Below, piece by piece: positions 12,334 to 19,022 of a stretch of 32,000 bases of DNA. The stretch is taken from assembly GCF_000009705.1 (NCBI RefSeq), contig NC_003272.1:6150001-6182000 (forward strand), written 5' to 3'. The number at the start of each line of letters is the position of its first letter. The first letter of the stretch is position 1. The DNA comes from Nostoc sp. PCC 7120 = FACHB-418 (GTDB lineage Bacteria > Cyanobacteriota > Cyanobacteriia > Cyanobacteriales > Nostocaceae). The position numbers and the translations under genes are program-made. The notes under the pieces are model-generated. The model was not told where the DNA came from. It did no database searches and saw nothing but the letters and a program-made list of their open reading frames with translations.

Positions 12334-13539
12334 ATGAATTTATCCCTAAAGCAACTGGCCGTTTATCTGTCTCTACTAGTGGTTGGTGGTAGTGCAGGTT
12401 TGTTAGGCAGTCGCTATCTCCTCCCACAAAATCGCTCGTTCCAACAACTCAAAAATGTCACAGTCGGTTTGCCCTCGGAGTCTGTAGCGCCTAATGCTGT
12501 AAAAGGCTCTGCGGCAAATAATGGAGGGGATAATGTCAATTTTATTGCTAGTGCTGTGCAGAAAGTTGGCCCGGCTGTAGTGCGAATTAATGCCACCCGT
12601 AAAGTCGCCAATCCCATCTCTGATGTTTTAAAGAATCCTCTATTGCGTCGATTTTTCGGTGAAGATGAACAGCCAATTCCGCAAGAACGAATTGAGAGGG
12701 GTACAGGTTCGGGATTTATTTTGAGCGAAGATGGGCAATTACTCACTAATGCTCATGTAGTAGCTGATACAGACACCGTACAAGTAACTCTTAAGGATGG
12801 CCGGACTTTTGAAGGGAAGGTACTGGGAGTTGACCCTATTACAGATGTAGCTGTTGTCAAAATCCCCGGAAAAAACTTGCCGACAGTGGATTTGGGGAAT
12901 TCGCAAAATCTCATTCCGGGACAATGGGCGATCGCTATTGGCAATCCTCTCGGTTTAGATAATACTGTGACTATCGGCATTATCAGCGCTACCGACCGCA
13001 CCAGCGCCCAAGTCGGTGTTCCTGATAAGCGAGTCAGTTTCATTCAAACAGATGCAGCAATTAACCCTGGTAATTCTGGCGGGCCTTTGTTAAACGCTCA
13101 AGGGGAAGTAATTGGAGTTAACACTGCTATTCGTGCAGATGCTCAAGGTCTTGGCTTTGCTATTCCTATAGAAACAGCCGCCCGTGTCGCTAATGAGCTT
13201 TTTACTAAGGGGAGTGTACAACATCCGTTTTTAGGGATTGAAATGACAGACTTGTCCCCTAGCAAAAAACAGCAAATAAATATTGAAAACAAGTTAAATA
13301 TTCGACAAGACACTGGGGTGGTAATTAAAAGTGTCTTGGATGATTCCCCAGCCAAAAAAGCAGGCTTGCTCCCTGGTGATGTAATTCAAAAAATCAATAG
13401 TAAAACGGTGAAAACATCAGCCCAGGTACAAAAATTGGTCGAATCCAGCACAGTTGGAGATATCCTAGCCGTCGAAGTTAATCGCAGTGGTGAAATTCTC
13501 ACCTTAAAGGTTCAGTCGGGAGTTTATCCCAACAGATAG
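12334..13539 (+). CDS. HtrA/DegP-family periplasmic serine protease (trypsin-like domain + PDZ)
   Basis: The catalytic motifs are TNAHVV, D in DVAVVKI, and GNSGGPLL. The PDZ segment is GVVIKSVLDDSPAKKAGLLPGDVI. I chose ATG 12334 (MNLSLKQLAV...) over the ORF-track TTG at 12310. Confidence 0.9.
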   Translation: MNLSLKQLAVYLSLLVVGGSAGLLGSRYLLPQNRSFQQLKNVTVGLPSESVAPNAVKGSAANNGGDNVNFIASAVQKVGPAVVRINATRKVANPISDVLKNPLLRRFFGEDEQPIPQERIERGTGSGFILSEDGQLLTNAHVVADTDTVQVTLKDGRTFEGKVLGVDPITDVAVVKIPGKNLPTVDLGNSQNLIPGQWAIAIGNPLGLDNTVTIGIISATDRTSAQVGVPDKRVSFIQTDAAINPGNSGGPLLNAQGEVIGVNTAIRADAQGLGFAIPIETAARVANELFTKGSVQHPFLGIEMTDLSPSKKQQINIENKLNIRQDTGVVIKSVLDDSPAKKAGLLPGDVIQKINSKTVKTSAQVQKLVESSTVGDILAVEVNRSGEILTLKVQSGVYPNR

Positions 13540-13559
13540 CTAGTGGTCAGTGGTCAGAT

Positions 13560-13587
13560 GTCAGTTGTGATTGCTTTTGCAACTGAC
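13560..13587. terminator. Hairpin between the convergent htrA-like and DUF760 genes
   Basis: GTCAGTTG (13560-13567) pairs with CAACTGAC (13580-13587). The loop contains TTTT. It is built partly from STRR units and the stem is modest. Confidence 0.35.
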
Positions 13588-13610
13588 TACTAGCTACTAA
13601 TAACTGACAC

Positions 13611-13955
13611 TTAGCCATTAGACAAATGATCTAACTGCATCCTTTGTTCCATTTGGCGTAAGAAGTATCCAGTCATCATTGCCGATGCTAATAACCCCGC
13701 TAGATTTTCTTTGTCTGTAGTAATTTGGACATTGAAATTTTCTGCGGGGAGCATTCCCACTAACCCTTGGACGTTCTGGGAAATAATTTGTTTAATTTCC
13801 GGGCTGACAGATTGGGCTACACGGGCTAGAACTTCGGGAGACTGATGTTGTAGATACTTTAGTAACTGATTTGGGTGTTCCCCAAAATGGTCAGAAAGAA
13901 TTTGGTTGGTGTGTTCTTCGGAGTTGTCGTTTAAGAAGTCAGGATCAAACACCAT
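13611..13955 (-). CDS. DUF760 domain protein (cyanobacteria/plastid-lineage conserved)
   Basis: LLKYLQHQSPEVLARVAQSVSPEIKQIISQNVQGLVGMLP...LAGLLASAMMTGYFLRQMEQRMQL. The ORF-track start at 13961 is TTG, so I prefer ATG 13955 (MVFDPDF...). Confidence 0.75.
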   Translation of the reverse strand: MVFDPDFLNDNSEEHTNQILSDHFGEHPNQLLKYLQHQSPEVLARVAQSVSPEIKQIISQNVQGLVGMLPAENFNVQITTDKENLAGLLASAMMTGYFLRQMEQRMQLDHLSNG

Positions 13956-14020
13956 TGGCAATTTTTTTTAGCTTAGTTGCTAATTCTACTCTAAACCATA
14001 GTACAAGAGTAGTGCTTTAG

Positions 14021-14097
14021 TCAGTTGTTAGTTGTCAGTTGTCCGTTGTCCGTTGTTTCCCCTGCTCCCTGCTCCCTGCTCTCTACTCCCCTACTCT
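14021..14097. repeat. STRR heptamer arrays lying inside the 3' end of scpB
   Basis: On the plus strand: TCAGTTG TTAGTTG TCAGTTG TCCGTTG TCCGTTG (14021-14055), then TGCTCCC TGCTCCC TGCTCTC TACTCCC (14063-14090). The array starts exactly at the stop codon. Confidence 0.8.
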
Positions 14098-14617
14098 CCA
14101 CAGCTAAGTCTAGTTCTAACTGCTGTTCTTTCTGGTCATTGTCGAAGGGTTGAGGAAGTTGCTCTATTTGGAAATATTGATGAAATTTTGGTGTGACTTG
14201 GAGTGAATAGGAACGGGATTCATTATCTCGGCGCTTACGGACAAAACCGAGTTCAACTAGTTCTGGTACGTGTTGATATACACCGGAACCGCGTAGCTCA
14301 ATCAAGTCGCTTTGCAGGATGGGACTATTGAGAGCGATCGCTGCTAATGTCCGCAATGCACCTAACCCCAATTCTACAGGAATCATTGTCTGCACTAAGT
14401 CTTGGAAGTCTGAACGTAGTTGCAAACTGTAACCATCTGTAGTTTCTACGACTTCCAAGGCGCTATCTCGGTGGGCGTAGCTGTCCATTAATTCAATGAT
14501 GCCTTCCTCTACGGTAGCGCGATCGCACGCGGCATATTCGGCAATTTCACCGACCGATAGGGGTTTACCCTTTAAATAGAGAATCGCTTCTATCTTAGTT
14601 GCTGTGGCTGTATTCAT
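14021..14617 (-). CDS. scpB: Segregation and condensation protein B
   Basis: KIEAILYLKGKPLSVGEIAEY...GYSLQLRSDF...GALRTLAAIALNSPILQSDLIELRG are ScpB winged-helix repeats. The last ~25 codons are encoded by STRR heptamers. Confidence 0.85.
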   Translation of the reverse strand: MNTATATKIEAILYLKGKPLSVGEIAEYAACDRATVEEGIIELMDSYAHRDSALEVVETTDGYSLQLRSDFQDLVQTMIPVELGLGALRTLAAIALNSPILQSDLIELRGSGVYQHVPELVELGFVRKRRDNESRSYSLQVTPKFHQYFQIEQLPQPFDNDQKEQQLELDLAVESRGVESREQGAGETTDNGQLTTNN

Positions 14618-14626
14618 TTAATCAAG

Positions 14627-14664
14627 AGTCATTAGTCATTAGTCATTAGTCAATGGTCATTAGT
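14627..14664. repeat. STRR array (AGTCATT units) in the scpB 5' leader
   Basis: AGTCATT x3, then AGTCAAT and GGTCATT. It begins 10 nt upstream of the scpB ATG (14617). Confidence 0.8.
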
Positions 14665-14815
14665 GTATGACGGTTGACCTTTGCCTAGTTTTACTCTAAC
14701 GGTTAATTATGCTTCCCAATAAATGTGGGGGATTATACATATTTTTTGATTTTCAGTCAAGATGCTTACCCAAGTTCGTCAAAGCAGCAAAACACAAGAC
14801 TTTTAGCAGCCTAAA

Positions 14816-15502
14816 TTACGAATTATCTCGACTGTTAAGAATAAATTCAGCGATCGCTAAATCTTGGGGAGTTGTTACTTTCAAATTTGTTTCCTCACCT
14901 TCCACAATTTGCACTTCGATACCGCACTTTTCAAATAAAGCCGCATCGTCAGTCACTTCCCAACCTTGACGAACACCTTCAGCGTGGCACTGTTTCAACA
15001 ATTCAACATTAAAGCCTTGGGGGGTTTGTGCAGCCCAAAGATTGCGTCGGTCTGGTGTATTTTGAATTATGCCATCTTCATCCACAACTTTAATCGTGTC
15101 TTTTACAGGGACAGCCGCAATCAAGCCGGAACAGTGACGAATTGCTTGAGCGCAGGAGTTGAGTAAATTCGGTGTCGCCAGACATCTAGCACCATCATGA
15201 ATTAAAACTTGCTCTGCGGCTGTTGGTAGCGCCTGTAAGCCGTTGTAAACCGATTCTTGTCTAGTGGAGCCTCCTAAGATAAATTCCACTGGTTTAGTCA
15301 GCTGCAAGTTAGCAAGAATAGATTTAAAATCTGGCCAGTCAGTGGGTTGGGAAATAATGCCAATCCAACTAATTTCACTGGCTGCTTGTGCAGCTAAAAG
15401 AGTCCAAGCAATAATAGGTTGCGATCGCACTTCTAGCAGCAGCTTATTGCGGTCACATCCCATTCTTTTGCCAACGCCGGCGGCGGGAATTAGTAAATAC
15501 AC
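14816..15502 (-). CDS. ispD: 2-C-methyl-D-erythritol 4-phosphate cytidylyltransferase
   Basis: LLIPAAGVGKRMG...NKLLL is the N-terminal signature, with IHDGARC and TPQGF motifs. The start is GTG at 15502. Confidence 0.9.
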   Translation of the reverse strand: MYLLIPAAGVGKRMGCDRNKLLLEVRSQPIIAWTLLAAQAASEISWIGIISQPTDWPDFKSILANLQLTKPVEFILGGSTRQESVYNGLQALPTAAEQVLIHDGARCLATPNLLNSCAQAIRHCSGLIAAVPVKDTIKVVDEDGIIQNTPDRRNLWAAQTPQGFNVELLKQCHAEGVRQGWEVTDDAALFEKCGIEVQIVEGEETNLKVTTPQDLAIAEFILNSRDNS

Positions 15503-15620
15503 TGTCTTTTAATGCCAAACTAGGGAATGAATACAGGGAAACTTGGCTACCTCCAATTCAAAATTATGAATTGAAAATGACTTAGTTTTGAATTTTGTTG
15601 GCACAGCCTTGCCGTAGGCT

Positions 15621-15823
15621 ATTTTGAATTGGAGCGACGCGACTTGACATTTTTTGGGGGAAGGTTCAAGCTCCAACGCCACTTGACGGCAGTTGCCTCA
15701 AGTCGGGAAACCCCCCCACGGCACTGCCTCCTTTATGCCGGGGAACCCGTCCACCGCAGTGGCTCCCCCTTGTGGGTGGCTGTCTTTAATTTTGAATTTT
15801 GAATTGGAGCGAAGCGACTTGAC
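15621..15823. repeat. Composite small-dispersed-repeat block in the ispD / GT9 divergent spacer
   Basis: A 28-nt direct repeat, ATTTTGAATTGGAGCGA(C/A)GCGACTTGAC, occurs at 15621-15648 and 15796-15823. It brackets GC-rich units (CCAACGCCACTTG..., CGGGAAACCCCCCCACGGCACTGCCTCC / CGGGGAACCCGTCCACCGCAGTGGCTCC). These units recur inverted at 24105-24197. Confidence 0.65.
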
Positions 15824-15871
15824 TTTCCCGTATTCACCTAAAATAAGGAGCGATAAGCGTCAATAAATATT

Positions 15872-16831
15872 ATGCGAGTAGTAGCCCTTGTACCTGGCGG
15901 AATTGGCGATCAAATTCTGTTCTTTCCGACTCTAGACGACCTGAAGCGCTATTACCCAAACGCTCAGTTAGATGTTGTAGTGGAACCCCGGTCAAAGGCT
16001 GCCTACCGGGTGAGCAAGTCAGTAAACGATATACTGACCTTCGATTACAAAGACCGTAACAGCCTAGCCGATTGGGGAAATCTTGTAGGCACAATTCGTG
16101 ATCGTGAGTATGATGTGGTGATAACTGTTGGGCAAAGCTGGCTAGTGGGTTTATTCCTCTGGTTAACAGGAATCCCCACCCGTATCGGCTACCAAGGTAA
16201 AGGCAGATCATTTCTGACCAAAACTGTACCGTTCAAACCATCCCAATACGCGGCGGCGGTTTACCACGACTTGCTGGCACCCATCGGCATCACAACCCCT
16301 ACTCCAGAATTAGCGGTAAATGTGCCGAAACCAGATATTGACTGGGCAAATAGCGAACAAAAACGCCTTGGGGTCAACGAAACAGGTTACGTTTTGATTT
16401 ATGGTGGCTCTAGCTGGGTGTCTCAGCCTCAAGCCCTAGAGACCATTTACCCTGCGGAAAACTGGCAGGAAATCATTCAAGACTTTCGACAAAAGCAGCC
16501 AGATTTGCCTGTTGTAGTCATACAAGGCCCAGATGATGAGCAATTTGTGCGATCGCTTCGAGATTATTCTTTAGATATCAAGGTGACCTCCCCTGATAAT
16601 GTTGGTAAACTAACGGCGATGATTGCTGGAGCTAACTTAATGCTGACCACTGATAGTGCGCCACTGCACTTAAGTGTGGCAGTACAAACCTATACTATTG
16701 CTCTATTTGGTTCCACAGATCCCGTAAAGTTATTACCGAACAGCGATAAACTTTTGGGCATTAAATCTTCCACAGGTAGGGTGGCAGATATTTTACCCAA
16801 AGCTGTATTAGAAAAAGTTTGGGGAGGTTGA
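15872..16831 (+). CDS. Glycosyltransferase family 9 (heptosyltransferase-like)
   Basis: MRVVALVPGGIGDQILFFPTLDDLKRYYPNAQLDVV is the GT9 N-terminal pattern. The C-terminal TTDSAPLHLSVAV matches the TxDSGxxHLA motif. Confidence 0.75.
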   Translation: MRVVALVPGGIGDQILFFPTLDDLKRYYPNAQLDVVVEPRSKAAYRVSKSVNDILTFDYKDRNSLADWGNLVGTIRDREYDVVITVGQSWLVGLFLWLTGIPTRIGYQGKGRSFLTKTVPFKPSQYAAAVYHDLLAPIGITTPTPELAVNVPKPDIDWANSEQKRLGVNETGYVLIYGGSSWVSQPQALETIYPAENWQEIIQDFRQKQPDLPVVVIQGPDDEQFVRSLRDYSLDIKVTSPDNVGKLTAMIAGANLMLTTDSAPLHLSVAVQTYTIALFGSTDPVKLLPNSDKLLGIKSSTGRVADILPKAVLEKVWGG

Positions 16832-16896
16832 TCGGAGGTAGGGGAGGCAGGGGGAGAACTGACTGCAAGATTTTCGCCCAATCCCCAGTCCAAGGC

Positions 16897-16956
16897 AAAA
16901 GTAAAAAGGTAAAAGTCAAAAGAAAAAATCTTTTATCTTTTTACTTTTTACTTTTT
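16897..16956. terminator. AT-rich bidirectional hairpin between the convergent GT9 and CRR6-like genes
   Basis: AAAAGTAAAAAGGTAAAAGTCAAAAG (16897-16922) is nearly complementary to CTTTTATCTTTTTACTTTTTACTTTT (16930-16955). Confidence 0.4.
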
Positions 16957-16965
16957 TGTCCCCAA

Positions 16966-17439
16966 CTAAAACATTTCAAAAAACCCATCTTCTAATTCGT
17001 AACCCAGCATTTGCGCCATAGACTTAAGACGCGATTGCGAGGGTATTTTTTGTTCTTTTAACCAGTCACTTAAAACAAAAATCTTGTGCATCAAAAAGAT
17101 TTCTAAAGCTTCGGGATTGTACTGGATGCCTTCTTTTGCACTGAATTGGTGTGGTACAAGCATAGCGGTGTAACGCCCCAGTTCACCAGCTTTCCAATCT
17201 AGTAAAAATGGCAACCAGGGATACTTGGCATCCAGACGCACAAACCACAGCCTTAATTCGGGGATTTCTGACAATTCGCGGGGATCGCCAGGCTCTAGAG
17301 TGTATTCAATAGCAAAACTTAACTGCTGTTCGTGGGAAGCAATATTTCCCTCTTGCAGCAGTTGGTTGATTACCTGATGTGCAGGTGATAAATCAAGATT
17401 ATTAACAGTGTCTGTATTGAGTGCGATCGTAATTGTCAT
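16966..17439 (-). CDS. CRR6-like (DUF1817) protein, putative NDH-1 assembly factor
   Basis: DPRELSEIPELRLWFVRLDAKYPWLPFLLDWKAGELGRYTAMLVPHQF matches my memory of the chlororespiratory-reduction-6 family. No search was run. Confidence 0.6.
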   Translation of the reverse strand: MTITIALNTDTVNNLDLSPAHQVINQLLQEGNIASHEQQLSFAIEYTLEPGDPRELSEIPELRLWFVRLDAKYPWLPFLLDWKAGELGRYTAMLVPHQFSAKEGIQYNPEALEIFLMHKIFVLSDWLKEQKIPSQSRLKSMAQMLGYELEDGFFEMF

Positions 17440-17610
17440 GGACTCATCAGCTACTTTTTTTAAGCTCAGTCAGTATGCTTGAGAATCCACAGTACCAGCT
17501 TTCTGGTATCGGCGCTATATTTTGTGACTGCGGAACCTGTAAAACCTCAAAATGGATAAGTATAAGTCTTGACTTGTGATGCCTCTGTAAGATATTCTGC
17601 CACTCGTCTT

Positions 17611-17907
17611 TTAACAGAACTGTGTGACATCTTCACCACATTCGTCTGCTAAGTACATTAAAGCTTTAAAGCGAATTTCTATTAACTGTTCGTAGAAAGG
17701 ATTGAGTTTACATAGAGGCGGGATGTGAACTAGGATGCGATCGCCCCATTTAAATTCTCTTTCAAATGGACAACTGGCAGGAATAATTGTACACAGCCAC
17801 CGGGCTAATCGGTGATTTTTGATTTTTAGAGATTCCAGCCATTGACGGATTGGTTGTAGTAGGAGATTTACAACAAAGACGAAACTGAATGTGATACTAG
17901 ACATCAT
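17611..17907 (-). CDS. Mo-dependent-nitrogenase C-terminal domain (Mo-nitro_C) family protein
   Basis: IPASCPFEREFKWGDRILVHIPPLCKLNPFYEQLIEIRFKALMYLADECGEDV matches the Mo-nitro_C family as I remember it. The start overlaps the upstream stop (ATGA). Confidence 0.6.
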   Translation of the reverse strand: MMSSITFSFVFVVNLLLQPIRQWLESLKIKNHRLARWLCTIIPASCPFEREFKWGDRILVHIPPLCKLNPFYEQLIEIRFKALMYLADECGEDVTQFC

Positions 17908-18341
17908 ATTGTGAGTGAGTGAATTTGTTGGGGAGTTAAGAGTATTTTTTCTAGCAAGAGACGGTCAGTTTTCGCAGTATCTTTCATAATTGTTGCTTTG
18001 GCATTTTCAGTCAATAATATTTTGCCATCAGCAGTAAAACTAAATTCTCCACCAGGCATAAAACCTTTTTGGACAAGTTTTTTTAAAGCAAATCTAGTTA
18101 CTGATTCTAGTAATTGCTTATAAGGTCTCCAATCAGCTAAATGATCTAAAATCCAGTGAAATGTTTGAGAATGAGATATTGATAATTCTAATATCGCTGC
18201 TGTGAGACATGATTCTATATATTCCGGTGCTAAATGCTGATCTAATTCAGTTACCCAAGTTTCAATTAGCTTTTTATCCTGAAACCTTAAAATATAAATT
18301 GCTCTATCGAGATGAAATTGGAATAATTCTAAATCTTTCAT
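17904..18341 (-). CDS. Hypothetical protein in an AT-rich patch
   Basis: A 145-codon ORF, translationally coupled (ATGA overlap at 17904-17907) to the Mo-nitro_C gene. I recognise no motif. Confidence 0.5.
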   Translation of the reverse strand: MKDLELFQFHLDRAIYILRFQDKKLIETWVTELDQHLAPEYIESCLTAAILELSISHSQTFHWILDHLADWRPYKQLLESVTRFALKKLVQKGFMPGGEFSFTADGKILLTENAKATIMKDTAKTDRLLLEKILLTPQQIHSLTI

Positions 18342-18563
18342 TTTTTTTAAATGGTAATAAAAAACGATTAATTAAATTATTTTATCGGTGGGAAATAATT
18401 GCTGGCATTTAATGTCCAAGTTCCAATCTAAGTAATAGGTATTTATTTATTACCCTATAAGTAAAATTACTGTTAAACTGTTATCTTCTTAGTTGCTTCT
18501 AACTTTAAACTTGAAAAATGCAGAACTTGTGGAGATACGTCTAAAGTTAGAGATCTTTTTAAT

Positions 18564-18938
18564 TTACCAATTTAAAGCTGCGGCAACTTGAGCAGGCAAT
18601 TTCATCGCCTTGAAGGGTTTGGTAATAATAGCTTGTATTCCTAGTTCCGCAAATCGTCTCTGTTCGGCGGTTTGGGTCTTTGCTGTCAGCAAAATGACAG
18701 GAATCGGCTGAGTCACTGGATTGGCTTGTAGGGCTTGAAAGGTGGCGATTCCGTCCATGTCGGGCATCATCACATCTAAAAGAATTACGTCGGGTTGTTC
18801 AGCCGCCGCTTTAGCCACTCCCTCACTACCAGAAGCAGCAGTTGAGACTTGCCAACCACCCACCGCTTTTAAAGCGAGTTCAGCCACTGCTCGGATATCA
18901 TATTCATCATCAATGATGAGAATGCGTTTCGTAGCCAT
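18564..18938 (-). CDS. Single-domain CheY-like response regulator
   Basis: The receiver is canonical: ILIIDDE, phospho-acceptor in VILLDVMMPDMDG, LLTA and ITKP. I chose ATG 18938 (MATKRIL...) instead of the ORF-track start at 18998. Confidence 0.85.
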   Translation of the reverse strand: MATKRILIIDDEYDIRAVAELALKAVGGWQVSTAASGSEGVAKAAAEQPDVILLDVMMPDMDGIATFQALQANPVTQPIPVILLTAKTQTAEQRRFAELGIQAIITKPFKAMKLPAQVAAALNW

Positions 18939-19022
18939 AACACAATACTGTTCACTTATTTTTTGGCAGAGGCAGGGGTAGAATATCTGATTCAGCACTC
19001 ATGACTCAGCCCTTTCTTTAGC

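Noticed and set aside
12414-13355. Minus-strand ORFs inside the HtrA-like gene (12414..12746, 12739..12924, 12753..13043, 13143..13355)
   Set aside because: They are antisense shadows of a well-supported protease gene.
14709-16211. ORFs 14709..14969(+), 14966..15166(+), 15264..15512(+) and 15870..16211(-)
   Set aside because: They are antisense to ispD or to the GT9 gene, with low-complexity products and no motifs.
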